In this document: positions 35,733-45,750 of the stretch, in pieces
How the letters are laid out: each line of letters starts with the position of its first letter
Numbering within the stretch: position 1 is the stretch's first letter
Program-made: the position numbers and the translations under genes
The notes under the pieces: generated by a model
What the model was told of the DNA's origin: nothing
Database searches by the model: none
What the model saw: only the letters and a program-made list of their open reading frames with translations
Source: a virus
Taxonomy: Duplodnaviria > Caudoviricetes
IMG/VR virus record: IMGVR_UViG_3300042465_005116
Coordinates: 32,001 to 96,000 of that record
Direction: 5' to 3' (one strand)
DNA length: 64,000 nt

Positions 35733-38700
35733 TACTTATTCTCTTTTAACTCGTTAATTTCTTTTTTCAATTCCTTAATACACTCAACTAATAAGGGTAC
35801 AATTTTTTCGTATTTGATAGCAAGGTATCCATCTACTCTTTTTACCACAACCTCGGGTAAAATTGTTTCTACTTGTTGAGCAATTAAACCTACATCGTGT
35901 TTTCTTATAAAGTAATTATCTTCGCCCTTACCACCACTTTCTTTTTGAATATATTCATCTGTCCAATCAAATTCTACCCCATCTAATTTTTCTATTTTAT
36001 CAAGAGCTTTTCCTATTGGTATAATATTTTCTTTTAATCTTTTATCTGAAGTAGCGAATGCAGTTATATTTCCGGTAGCAGTAATACCACCACCAACTGC
36101 AACGAAATTAGTATTTGCCTCATTTCTTTCAACTTTAAGATATCTATCAGTACTTGCTACAACTTGGAAACCACCCGCAACTAATTCAGTTTTCGATACT
36201 TGTTGTGATACCGATATAGTACTTATCTTTGGAGTGTTATAAGAGACACTAACATCAAAAGTTGCAACTGTTCCTGAATCACGATACGCAACACATACTC
36301 CATTTTTAATATAAGGTACAAAATAATATGTTGTACTTGGTGATAATGAAATAGCCCCGGTTAAAGTACCAAACGCATCACCGCTGGCCCAACCAAATTG
36401 CTCTTCTATGATAGTGTTACCATATCCAAATACCTCTGAAAAATTTATTGCTTTCGATATATCTAAAACTTCATTAGCTATACCTGTACCACCCGCTCTA
36501 ACGGAAATCCCTATGGTATAGTAGTGTTGTACATAACTTATATAAGGAGTATTTCCCCCAAATGGTTGATTACCCGGTTCTAAATATACACTATAATTTG
36601 AAAGTACCCCATGCCATAAATTTGTACTTATGGAATAAATTCCAGTAGTCCCAGCACTTGTAGTAAAACTAGGTGATGAACCAGGAGTCCATTCTAAATA
36701 TGTTGGGTCCATATTAGCAGATATTTGTGTAACATATTGGGAAGTGTTACCAGCATATTGTTGCTGAGTATTATAATTTGTTACTGAAGTTGGACTTATT
36801 GTTACACTACCGGCACTTAAACTACTCAATGTAGAGGCGTTACTTATATCTACCCTTAATGCAGTACCCTCATAAATTTCAATAGCAGGTCTTGCTGCGT
36901 TTAATCTTAATTTTTCAGTTGAATCTCGTATACTTGTAGGAGTTACAGTCCAACCCCCAATGTTACCGGTGGTAGCCGAAACTCTACCAGTAATATCCGC
37001 ACCGGTTGCAAACAATATACCGGCATTAGTTACCCTAAACGGGGCATTACCAAATGTAGCATTTCCTAACCACATTCCATTACTATCTGCTTTAAAAATA
37101 GTATTTGAACTACCAATTGAAATTGCTCCGGTACTATCTAATATTGCTGCTCCACCTGTTAAAGTGGTTGCACCCAATGTCCACCCACCAATAGTACCAG
37201 AAGTTGCTTTTAAAACTCCCGCGGGTGTTACACTAAATTCTGCACTTCCAAATGTTTCATTACCTAAATAAATTCCACTAGTATCCGCAGTAAATACACT
37301 TTCACCACTACCAATTCGAATAGAACCATTAAACGTTCCTGTTGCTGCGGATAATGCACCACTAAACGTTCCTCCACCATTAACAGTTAAAGATGTTCCA
37401 TCCCATAATAGGGAATTACTAGCAGATTTTAAAGACAATCTATATACGGGTGAACTACTAACATTAACCACCCCCATAAAAATACCATTTACATTATACC
37501 CTTGTGAACCGGCTGATGAACTTTGTCCGATAGATATGTACGGATAGGCACTGCCACCTGCTAAAGTAATATTTGCTGCTGCCATTGCACCATTCGAATT
37601 CGTACCAATGTTTAAAGTGTTTTGAACAAACGAATCTTCAAATATACCTATTTTAGCTGCAACAAAGAAATCTTGTGCACCTAACGATATCCAACCCGTT
37701 TGTGCTGCTTGATGTGGTGCACCATTTATTACGTTTCCTGTTGCTGAAAGATGTTGTCTAGTAGTTGCGTAGTATGTATTATACGGAGCGTTTCCATTTG
37801 TACTCCATAAGACAGTATCTCTTCTACCAGTCCCCGTTGTTAACCCATCTGAAAATTGATAGGTTCTACCACTTGTCCAAACTCCGGTATGAACCACACC
37901 AGGACCTGTTTGACCCGTTGCACCATCATCTCCATCAGTTCCATCAGTTCCATCAGTTCCATCAGTTCCATCAGTTCCGTTAATTGTTACATTTACTTTA
38001 TGTTCTTTAGTTATTGTACCGGTAGTTCCTTCCGAATTTACATATGTTATAGTAATAGCTACAGTCGTACCTGCATCGGTAGTTGGTGTGGTTGGTGTTA
38101 TAGTTGTAGTTCCCGTTCCACCTGTTAATGAAATTTGATATGTATTTATTGCACCACCAGTTGAATATGTATAATTTGTTCCACCTTCGTTTACACTAAT
38201 TGTAAATGTAGCAGGTGTAGCATATACCCCAGCGTTTGTTTTTGTAATCGATTGACCTTCATTTGATAACGTTGCAATTACTACCGGTGCAGCTTTTTTA
38301 ACTTTTGATAAACTTAATGTATCAGTTAGAGTTCTACTTGTCCCTTCAGAATCCGTAACTACTGCTGATATTGCTATTGTTGTAGAATTTGTTCCCGCTG
38401 CTAAAGTTTTTCCATTTAACGTTACCAACCCACTTGCAGCAGTAGTTGATATTGATGTAATATCTGAAGATGTTGCAGTTAACGATGTTATTGTTTTTGT
38501 TGTAGTAGAACCATTATAAGTTTCCCTTACAACTATTGTTGAATTTGCAAATGAATCAATTTGTGCACCGGTTGATTTAGCAGTTACACTTTGGTCTTTT
38601 GGTGTTGCAGAAATTGCAAGAACCGGAGCAGCTTTTTTATTTTTTGTATAAGTTGCAGTTTTTATAACACTTGTGGTATCTCCGGCACCATCTTTATAAT

Positions 38701-41302
38701 TAATTGTAATATCTAAAGAACCAGAATCTGCTGCAAGTGCGGTTATACCATATACGTTTGTAGATGGATTTGTAATATTTGGAGTACAACCTATTCCGCT
38801 TAAATTAGTTATTGCAAATGTATTATTAGCTCTAAGATTATCATTATCATCATCAAATGTAATAGTCTCATTTCCCACTTTTACGTTTACCGAACCACTT
38901 GTAAAAACAAAATCACCATTTGCTACAACTCCAGTTGAAAGTGCAGGCAAGGATGTATTATCATTTGTTAATGTAACTGATAATCCATCTAATATTTTTA
39001 CAGGAGTTATGGTTACCGCATCTGAAAATTTATTTCCAAATTGGTCAGACCCTGTGAATGAATATGTAGTAGAACCACTTAAAAATGGATATGCAGAACC
39101 AGCTAATGTGAATAACGTTACACCTGAAGTAGCATCAGTTGCTCCAATAGTTAAAGGTGGTTTTAAACTACCAGAATTTACTTCTAATGTACCAGTAGTT
39201 GATGCTAAATTTTTTCTTTTAGCCTCTATTGTAATTACTTGGCCTGATGGATTTAAGGATAAATCAGTTGCCTTATAAATAAATTGGTTAGCGTTTGAAG
39301 TTGTAAATAGACCGGGTGCATTTTCTCCATCTTCAAATCTATAAATGGTTTCGAACTCATTTAACCCATCACATGATGCAGTATAAGTTATAGAACCAAT
39401 TAATACTGATGGTACACTACCACTAAAATTAGCAATAGTTAAACTTGCACCACCATCTCCTGCGTTTGTTAAAAGACCAGGATATGTTCCCGCATAACTA
39501 GCAGGAACTATATAATTACCATCTGTATCAAACGCAGCAGATGCATAAGTAACCGAACCTGTTAAATTAGTTCTACTAATTGAGAATCCAACTTGTTGAA
39601 AAGCAGGATTACCAAACGAACCACTCGTAAAACGAAATGCAGTTCTATCTGATTCAAATGTTAAGATTTTTGAGGTAGTTGTAAAACTGTTACCACCATT
39701 AAATGTTTTTGAAGTTTTTACATCAACGGGAATATAATTGTTATTTATATCGTAAAATTCAAATTTGAAATCATATGTCTCACTCGCAAGTTTACGAGGA
39801 ATATCTTGTATTAAAGTAAATTCATCAGGTGAAAACGAAGTTTCTTGTGCGTTTTGTAAACTCACATTTGCCAAATACCAATCATCACCCGCAAACTCAA
39901 ATACTAATTTAGCATCTCCAGTCTTAGTAGCCTTTACATTTTGAGTTACGTTTTGTTTTGTAGTATATATCGCCGAATTAGTAACATTTACGATAGTTTG
40001 TTGTGGATAATCCGAACCACTAAAATATGCTTTTAAAGTTTTAGTCGAATCATTTGAACCACTTAGGAGTGTTTTGAATGAAAGGGTATACTCAACTCCC
40101 TCTGTCAGAGATAGAGATTGAGATGTAATAAAAAGGGCAGTATTATCATAATTTGAACCACTATAATCTACCTTAACCGATGCGTTTAATTTATCTACAT
40201 TAATTGTAATTGGATGTGCAGTTGAACCACTTACCCAATAATTTTTTATATTGGTATCCGTAAACTGACCATAGGATAATTCCGTATTAGCAGTTGTTGT
40301 TATATCTTTTAGTATTTCTGATGATTCTAATTTAGTATCTTGTATGAATTGGTAATCACCAACTTCGTTTCTAGATTTTCTATAAACCTTTACTCTCGCT
40401 ACATCACCAACAAATGTTTTTAAATCTGATAATTGAATTTTAGCAAAAGAACCCGTCAACGCCGAGTTGATAATCGTCTGACCTTCAATATGGTCAAATG
40501 TAGTTGTGTAGGCAGTAGCAGGAAAATTTGAAACGGATGATGATACCGCATATGGAATATCTACAAATATTTCTTTGTTATTTAAGACCTCTCTTATAGT
40601 TGCCGAATACCCTAATGATGGTATTGTTATGGTATTTTCATCAACGGATGATGTCCAATTTGAACCATCGGTAATTTTTAATTTATATAAAGTTCCGGCT
40701 GTCCAAGTTCGAATATCAGTACCATAAACTGGTTGTTGTGGGATACCTTCAACCAATCCCGTTTGAGTAACTGATGGGGTTGTTATATTAAAAATGGGTT
40801 TATTTATCTCATCAATTGTAATTTTTGGTCTTTTATAAAACCTAACAATAGTTTCATTCGAAAGATTTTTATTTACATTAAACGTTCTCTCCCACTTAAT
40901 ATTATAGATACCACTCCACTCAGCAGGAATATCTCTAACTACTCCGGTCTCATCAATATAGGTTTTTAATTCACCTAATACAGTAATTTTTCCTAAACCA
41001 ATAGGGGTATCCTCATAGACATGAACTGATACAATTTTTGAAATTCCTTCGTAGTATTCTGGTATACCATTACCCGGCTCGTAATAAATCGGTGTGCCGG
41101 TAACATCTAATATCTCAATTTTAATTTCAGTTGTTTCCTTTAAATGTTCAGAACCCTCTATAAGAAACCCATTCTTACCACCGGTGAAGGTATCTTTAAA
41201 TTCGGTAATTCTAAAATATTCAGACGTTCTAACTTGGTCATTTATAAATGTACCAAAGTTTGATAAGTTTTGATACGAAGCGAACGATTTAATTATTGCC
41301 AT
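35732..41302 (-). CDS. Long tail fibre protein with C-terminal intramolecular chaperone (peptidase S74)
   Basis: C-terminal ATSDKRLKENI..DGVEFDW..GLIAQQVE..PEVV..KYEKIVPLLVECIKEL; Gly/Ser/Thr-rich fibre repeats (IGGWT twice); two KKAAPV Ig-like units; short collagen-like stretch. Confidence 0.87.
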   Translation of the reverse strand: MAIIKSFASYQNLSNFGTFINDQVRTSEYFRITEFKDTFTGGKNGFLIEGSEHLKETTEIKIEILDVTGTPIYYEPGNGIPEYYEGISKIVSVHVYEDTPIGLGKITVLGELKTYIDETGVVRDIPAEWSGIYNIKWERTFNVNKNLSNETIVRFYKRPKITIDEINKPIFNITTPSVTQTGLVEGIPQQPVYGTDIRTWTAGTLYKLKITDGSNWTSSVDENTITIPSLGYSATIREVLNNKEIFVDIPYAVSSSVSNFPATAYTTTFDHIEGQTIINSALTGSFAKIQLSDLKTFVGDVARVKVYRKSRNEVGDYQFIQDTKLESSEILKDITTTANTELSYGQFTDTNIKNYWVSGSTAHPITINVDKLNASVKVDYSGSNYDNTALFITSQSLSLTEGVEYTLSFKTLLSGSNDSTKTLKAYFSGSDYPQQTIVNVTNSAIYTTKQNVTQNVKATKTGDAKLVFEFAGDDWYLANVSLQNAQETSFSPDEFTLIQDIPRKLASETYDFKFEFYDINNNYIPVDVKTSKTFNGGNSFTTTSKILTFESDRTAFRFTSGSFGNPAFQQVGFSISRTNLTGSVTYASAAFDTDGNYIVPASYAGTYPGLLTNAGDGGASLTIANFSGSVPSVLIGSITYTASCDGLNEFETIYRFEDGENAPGLFTTSNANQFIYKATDLSLNPSGQVITIEAKRKNLASTTGTLEVNSGSLKPPLTIGATDATSGVTLFTLAGSAYPFLSGSTTYSFTGSDQFGNKFSDAVTITPVKILDGLSVTLTNDNTSLPALSTGVVANGDFVFTSGSVNVKVGNETITFDDDNDNLRANNTFAITNLSGIGCTPNITNPSTNVYGITALAADSGSLDITINYKDGAGDTTSVIKTATYTKNKKAAPVLAISATPKDQSVTAKSTGAQIDSFANSTIVVRETYNGSTTTKTITSLTATSSDITSISTTAASGLVTLNGKTLAAGTNSTTIAISAVVTDSEGTSRTLTDTLSLSKVKKAAPVVIATLSNEGQSITKTNAGVYATPATFTISVNEGGTNYTYSTGGAINTYQISLTGGTGTTTITPTTPTTDAGTTVAITITYVNSEGTTGTITKEHKVNVTINGTDGTDGTDGTDGTDGDDGATGQTGPGVVHTGVWTSGRTYQFSDGLTTGTGRRDTVLWSTNGNAPYNTYYATTRQHLSATGNVINGAPHQAAQTGWISLGAQDFFVAAKIGIFEDSFVQNTLNIGTNSNGAMAAANITLAGGSAYPYISIGQSSSAGSQGYNVNGIFMGVVNVSSSPVYRLSLKSASNSLLWDGTSLTVNGGGTFSGALSAATGTFNGSIRIGSGESVFTADTSGIYLGNETFGSAEFSVTPAGVLKATSGTIGGWTLGATTLTGGAAILDSTGAISIGSSNTIFKADSNGMWLGNATFGNAPFRVTNAGILFATGADITGRVSATTGNIGGWTVTPTSIRDSTEKLRLNAARPAIEIYEGTALRVDISNASTLSSLSAGSVTISPTSVTNYNTQQQYAGNTSQYVTQISANMDPTYLEWTPGSSPSFTTSAGTTGIYSISTNLWHGVLSNYSVYLEPGNQPFGGNTPYISYVQHYYTIGISVRAGGTGIANEVLDISKAINFSEVFGYGNTIIEEQFGWASGDAFGTLTGAISLSPSTTYYFVPYIKNGVCVAYRDSGTVATFDVSVSYNTPKISTISVSQQVSKTELVAGGFQVVASTDRYLKVERNEANTNFVAVGGGITATGNITAFATSDKRLKENIIPIGKALDKIEKLDGVEFDWTDEYIQKESGGKGEDNYFIRKHDVGLIAQQVETILPEVVVKRVDGYLAIKYEKIVPLLVECIKELKKEINELKENK
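37898..37978 (-). repeat. Collagen-like Gly-X-Y stretch, (GTD)5-GDD-GAT-GQT-GPG
   Basis: 9-bp unit ccatcagtt repeated five times on the plus strand. Confidence 0.9.
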
Positions 41303-41327
41303 TGGAATCCTTTGTTATAGCAATAAA

Positions 41328-41335
41328 TATAAGTA
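41328..41335 (-). promoter_or_regulatory. Candidate late promoter motif TACTTATA for the tail fibre/glycan operon
   Basis: 26 nt upstream of ATG at 41302. Confidence 0.5.
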
Positions 41336-41360
41336 AAAAAGATTGTATTATATTTATTCT

Positions 41361-41390
41361 ATGGAAACCCATAGAAACCAATAGAAATGA
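41361..41390 (+). repeat. Three imperfect 10-bp direct repeats (ATGGAAACCC / ATAGAAACCA / ATAGAAATGA), candidate operator
   Basis: Directly visible; the third unit overlaps the ATG of the RHH gene. Confidence 0.6.
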
Positions 41391-41557
41391 ACAAATATAC
41401 GACAATTCAAATAAAAAAAGATACCCATGCACTTCTACAAGAATATTGTAGAGAACACGGGTATACGTTAAGTGGGTTGGTAGACTCGTTAATTAAACAA
41501 AGAATTAACAAACCTAAACCAACCAATATATTAGCGGTTAAAACTTTACATAGCTAA
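41387..41557 (+). CDS. Ribbon-helix-helix DNA-binding protein, 56 aa (below ORF-track cutoff)
   Basis: Manual translation MNKYTTIQIKKDTHALLQEYCREHGYTLSGLVDSLIKQRINKPKPTNILAVKTLHS*: alternating beta strand, helix, G-x-T-L-S turn, helix. Preceded by TATTTATT at 41351 on the plus strand. Confidence 0.7.
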   Translation: MNKYTTIQIKKDTHALLQEYCREHGYTLSGLVDSLIKQRINKPKPTNILAVKTLHS

Positions 41558-44500
41558 ATCCATTTGTTTTTTTAATTTCTATTAAACCATCCACCACATC
41601 TCTCATTGAGTCGATATGGGATATAATCATTACAAAATCAAATTGTGTCTTCAAATAAGTGAATAACATGAATAGGGATTGTAGGTTCTCACTATCTAAT
41701 GTTCCGAACCCTTCATCTATAACTAGGAAGTTAGGACGAGGAAGGTTACATACGTTGATTAAAGCCACCCTAATTGCAAGTCCAGAGATAAACCTCTCCA
41801 TACCACTACACATCTCCAAAGACCACTTATTATCCCCGTATACGAGGTAAGCGTTGATGTTTTTACCATCCATCTCTAATTGCATTCCAAACTCAACAAT
41901 TTGTGCCAAAATGTTATTAACCTCACCCTCAATCATTGGTAAAGATTTTTCAATCAATTCATATGATACCCCATCTTTATTTAGGGCGTTAAGATAATAT
42001 TCGTATAATTTCGATTGTTCCTCTAAATCCTTAACCTCTTTGATTTTATCCTCTAAGGTATCTCTTTGCGATTGTAGGGATGAAACTCTACCATTTAATT
42101 CTAATAACTTTTTATTTGTTTTTGTAAATAAAATTTTATTAGCATCTAAGGTTTCTCTTACAATTTTGATTTCTTCTCTGATTTCACCATTCTTTTTGAT
42201 TTGTTCTTCGTTCTTGTAATACTCATCAATTAGTTTAATTTGTTCGGCAATTTGTGTTTGAACTCTAATTTCTTCAGTTTCGGATGTTGATAACTTGTTA
42301 ATAAGTGAAGAAATTTCTCTATCAATTTTAACTTCTTTCTCCTTTGTATCGGTTAAATTAGTCCAATCCGTCTCATATTGGGTCAATGATGTAATCTTCA
42401 ACTCTAACGCCTCCTTTGTATTATTTGCAGTAACAATGAATCCATTTACTTCAATTAATGTTTTTTCTACATCATCTTTACTTTGTAGGATTGTTTCCGA
42501 ATTTTCCATACAAATATTACAATCTGGGTTATATTTGTGTAAATCCAAATGTTCTTTTTTATCAACTAACGATGTATGCCAAATCCCTAATTTATCTAAT
42601 TCGTGTTTAGTATTACCTAAATCCGTTTTAGCAACTCCTAGTTCCTTTATCTTTGTTTCTAACTCATCTTCATTAAAACCATCAATTATTTCTTCTAATT
42701 GTAATTGTAAAGCCTCTAACTTACCAATACGGTCTTGCGTAGCATTTTTAGTATCTAATACCTCAGTCTCCTTATCAGTAAGAATTTTCTTTCTTTTTTC
42801 TAATTCCTCTATTCCAATATTATCTGAGTTTAATTTTACAATTTTACCATTCAAACGAATTAAATCTTTATTTAAGGATTCCTCTTCAGTTTTAATTCCA
42901 CCCAATTCAATATCAACTAATTTGTATTCATTTGTTGATTCGGTCAATTGAGTTTTGATATCGGCTAACTTAGAAGTAAAATCATCAGATTTGAATTTTT
43001 TGATTAAAGTAGCATTATCTCTATTCTCATCTGCGGCAACTGTATATAATTTATCAAAAATATCTACGCCAATAAATTGAGAAAGTATCTCTTTTCTTTC
43101 TGATTGTGATTTATCGATGAATAGTGCGTTATTACCTTGTAGGGAAAGGGATGTTAGAACAAAATCCTCAAATTTACCTAAATATCTTTCAATATTTTTA
43201 TTAGTATCCCTTCGTTGTTCACCATTTAATGATGTAGTAACTCCGGCATCTTCTTTCCAAAAGTTTACGTTTACTGAAAGGTTTGTTCCCTTACGAGTCC
43301 ACCTTGCACTACGTTCAATGAAGTAATCCACTCCATCAATTTCAAAATTAAATTTACAATAGAAATTATCTTTTTGATTATTTAGGATATTTTTTGATGA
43401 TGAACTTCTTGATGTTTTATCAAAGATACAAAATGAAAGGGCATCAAAAAGAGATGATTTACCACTTGCATTCGGTGCAAATATACCTATCACTCCCTGT
43501 GCGTTTTCAAATCTAACTTTGTTACCTTCACCATATGAGAACATATTTGAGAACTCTAAAGTCTTAGGCACCCAAAGAATATTTTCAGCCAATTCTGAAT
43601 CATCAATTCGGTGATTAATCTCCTTATTGATTTCAGAAATTTTATCTAAATCAGAATCCTCTAATAGAAATTGTCTTTCTAAATAATCTCTAATCAATTG
43701 ATTTTGAAAAGTTTCATCTTTTACATTACCAACAATATTTTTGTTTAATTTTGAATTTGTTTTTAATTGACCAATAGTATCCGTTCTTGTGACTGTTACC
43801 TCTGCTACATTAAATAATTCTTTAAGTTCGGTAATACGCAACTTCATTTCTGATGCTTCGGTATTAGTGAATCTTAATCTTAAACGTGGGTTCTTAGGTA
43901 ATTTTGTATCAATCTCATCATATACCCATTGTGGTATCTGTCCGTTGACTACATCAATTGTAAGGAATCCATAATCATTATGAAGATGGTGTTCGGTAAA
44001 TGTACGAGTTGGAACATCCCATAATAAATACCCGTGATTCTCCAACATCTCTCCGTGATTTTGTTGAACCATTGAACCTGCATATGCTACGTGTTCCCAT
44101 CCTTCACCAAATGTTTGACGTTTGTGGATATCACCTAACATTGCCATATCAAATCCTTCAAACATATCGACGGTGAAAGAATTTGATGATACTACATACC
44201 CAATATCAGTTTGTGCTTTATTTACCGGCCCGTGGAAAAGACAGATTTTGTTTTCCCCTTCAATATCTTTCGCCAACGGCCAATTTTCCTTCTTATCCAA
44301 TATGGAATAAACAACAAAAGTAATATTATTGTAATTGTAGACACCAGTATCGCGGAGATAATGGATGTGAGGATTATTAAGATTATCGATAATAGGCGTA
44401 AGAACATCTAATCTATGGTTATTGTTTAAGTTACAATCATGGTTACCTGTTATTAAGAAAGTTTCCCTTAGTTTTGAACATTCTGTTAAGAACCAACTAA

Positions 44501-44693
44501 TCTCCCTAATAAGTTCAGGAGACATTTCAGTTTTAGCATGTGCAATATCCCCTGCTAAATAAATAATAGAATCTTGAATTTTATCGTCTTCTACTTGTTT
44601 TAAAAACTTTTTGAATACCTCTTTGTATTCTTTGTGTCTTTGCAAATTTCTAATGTGTAAATCTGCTAAGTGATATATTTTGTTAATAATCAT
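41538..44693 (-). CDS. Fused SbcD/Mre11-like nuclease and SbcC/Rad50-like ATPase (T4 gp47-gp46 fusion)
   Basis: HLADLH, GDIAH, GNHD, GDIH (metallophosphoesterase); APNASGKSS Walker A; CNIC zinc hook in coiled coil; CSGMER signature; VIDEGFGTLD Walker B; ISH. Confidence 0.93.
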   Translation of the reverse strand: MIINKIYHLADLHIRNLQRHKEYKEVFKKFLKQVEDDKIQDSIIYLAGDIAHAKTEMSPELIREISWFLTECSKLRETFLITGNHDCNLNNNHRLDVLTPIIDNLNNPHIHYLRDTGVYNYNNITFVVYSILDKKENWPLAKDIEGENKICLFHGPVNKAQTDIGYVVSSNSFTVDMFEGFDMAMLGDIHKRQTFGEGWEHVAYAGSMVQQNHGEMLENHGYLLWDVPTRTFTEHHLHNDYGFLTIDVVNGQIPQWVYDEIDTKLPKNPRLRLRFTNTEASEMKLRITELKELFNVAEVTVTRTDTIGQLKTNSKLNKNIVGNVKDETFQNQLIRDYLERQFLLEDSDLDKISEINKEINHRIDDSELAENILWVPKTLEFSNMFSYGEGNKVRFENAQGVIGIFAPNASGKSSLFDALSFCIFDKTSRSSSSKNILNNQKDNFYCKFNFEIDGVDYFIERSARWTRKGTNLSVNVNFWKEDAGVTTSLNGEQRRDTNKNIERYLGKFEDFVLTSLSLQGNNALFIDKSQSERKEILSQFIGVDIFDKLYTVAADENRDNATLIKKFKSDDFTSKLADIKTQLTESTNEYKLVDIELGGIKTEEESLNKDLIRLNGKIVKLNSDNIGIEELEKRKKILTDKETEVLDTKNATQDRIGKLEALQLQLEEIIDGFNEDELETKIKELGVAKTDLGNTKHELDKLGIWHTSLVDKKEHLDLHKYNPDCNICMENSETILQSKDDVEKTLIEVNGFIVTANNTKEALELKITSLTQYETDWTNLTDTKEKEVKIDREISSLINKLSTSETEEIRVQTQIAEQIKLIDEYYKNEEQIKKNGEIREEIKIVRETLDANKILFTKTNKKLLELNGRVSSLQSQRDTLEDKIKEVKDLEEQSKLYEYYLNALNKDGVSYELIEKSLPMIEGEVNNILAQIVEFGMQLEMDGKNINAYLVYGDNKWSLEMCSGMERFISGLAIRVALINVCNLPRPNFLVIDEGFGTLDSENLQSLFMLFTYLKTQFDFVMIISHIDSMRDVVDGLIEIKKTNGFSYVKF

Positions 44694-45628
44694 AATTGAT
44701 TTAATTTCTGAAGAATTACATCTTCATAATTTGTTTCTGTTTTGTTTTTGATAATTTTATTGATTTCACTAAACCCAATATCAGCTGCATCTTTACCAGA
44801 TGGAATAATATTTTTTATTTGGAATCCTTGCTTTTGAAAATACATTGTATAGTATAGTGCTTGGTCTTGTGCATCGGTATCTAATAGAATGTTTAGATTA
44901 CGAACCCCTCTTTCATATATACTATCCATTAATTTTTTAGGAATAAATTTTCCTAATATTGGAATAGCGTTTCTCCTAACTGCCAATGCATCAAACGCAC
45001 CCTCACAAATAGTAATGGGTTCGTTCCAATTAATTTGGTTTTCAAACATAATTACATTCTTTGAAACAGGTGGGTTTTTATATTTGTATGGTTCATCATC
45101 AAATACGGAACGGGCGATAAAGTAATTTAATTTATTGTTTATATCATATGATGGTATAATAATTCTACCTGAATATAACCCACCATCACAATATCCAATA
45201 TTATATTTAATAATATCTGAATTTCGTATTCCTCTTAATGTTGCATAGTGTTTTACCTTTTTATATATGGGTTTAAAACCAGTTGGTATTTCTGCTAACG
45301 ATTTAAATTCTTTCGGTAATCGTAATTCAATTTGGTCTTCCTCTATTTGAGATGATACAATATAATCATCACCATATATCTCATATACCTTACGAAGTTT
45401 GGAAACATCGACTTGTAACTTTTTAAGTAATCCTTGTATTCTCTTACCCTTAGAATCACACACCCAACAATGCCATTGTTGTGTATCTAAATTCACTTGG
45501 AGTTTCTTTTTATGATGATGACAAAATGGACAATAATGAGCCTGTTCATTTCCTTTCAGAGATGAACCTGGTCCTAAGACATCATCTAAAATACTAACGA
45601 TTGTTAATTTATCTGTATTTGATACCAT
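44690..45628 (-). CDS. DNA primase (CHC2 zinc finger + Toprim)
   Basis: CPFCHH..CWVC, GRIIIP, YKYKNP, ICEGAFDA, LLDTDA. Confidence 0.88.
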   Translation of the reverse strand: MVSNTDKLTIVSILDDVLGPGSSLKGNEQAHYCPFCHHHKKKLQVNLDTQQWHCWVCDSKGKRIQGLLKKLQVDVSKLRKVYEIYGDDYIVSSQIEEDQIELRLPKEFKSLAEIPTGFKPIYKKVKHYATLRGIRNSDIIKYNIGYCDGGLYSGRIIIPSYDINNKLNYFIARSVFDDEPYKYKNPPVSKNVIMFENQINWNEPITICEGAFDALAVRRNAIPILGKFIPKKLMDSIYERGVRNLNILLDTDAQDQALYYTMYFQKQGFQIKNIIPSGKDAADIGFSEINKIIKNKTETNYEDVILQKLNQL

Positions 45629-45651
45629 ATATTATAACGCTACTAATATAG

Positions 45652-45683
45652 TAAAGATACGAAATAAATCTGATATTTCCAAA
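45652..45683 (-). promoter_or_regulatory. Bacteroidota sigma70-type promoter (-33 TTTG, 20 nt, -7 TATCTTTA)
   Basis: Minus strand TTTGGAAATATCAGATTTATTTCGTATCTTTA, upstream of primase. Confidence 0.7.
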
Positions 45684-45718
45684 TTTATGTACGTTTATTA
45701 TATTTGCATTAAGTCTAA

Positions 45719-45750
45719 CAAAGATACAACAAATTTATGAGATTTCCAAA
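45719..45750 (-). promoter_or_regulatory. Bacteroidota sigma70-type promoter (-33 TTTG, 20 nt, -7 TATCTTTG)
   Basis: Minus strand TTTGGAAATCTCATAAATTTGTTGTATCTTTG, a full match to TTTG-N19-21-TAnnTTTG. Confidence 0.8.

Noticed and set aside
35433-37978. CRISPR array or noncoding tandem repeats
   Set aside because: The 15-bp and 9-bp repeats have no spacers, are in frame and encode Pro-rich or Gly-X-Y peptides; no repeat-spacer array was seen in the window
37898-37978. Collagen-like stretch as the prolyl hydroxylase substrate
   Set aside because: Triplets are GTD/GDD/GAT/GQT with no Pro in the Y position; the PPTPA protein is a far better candidate
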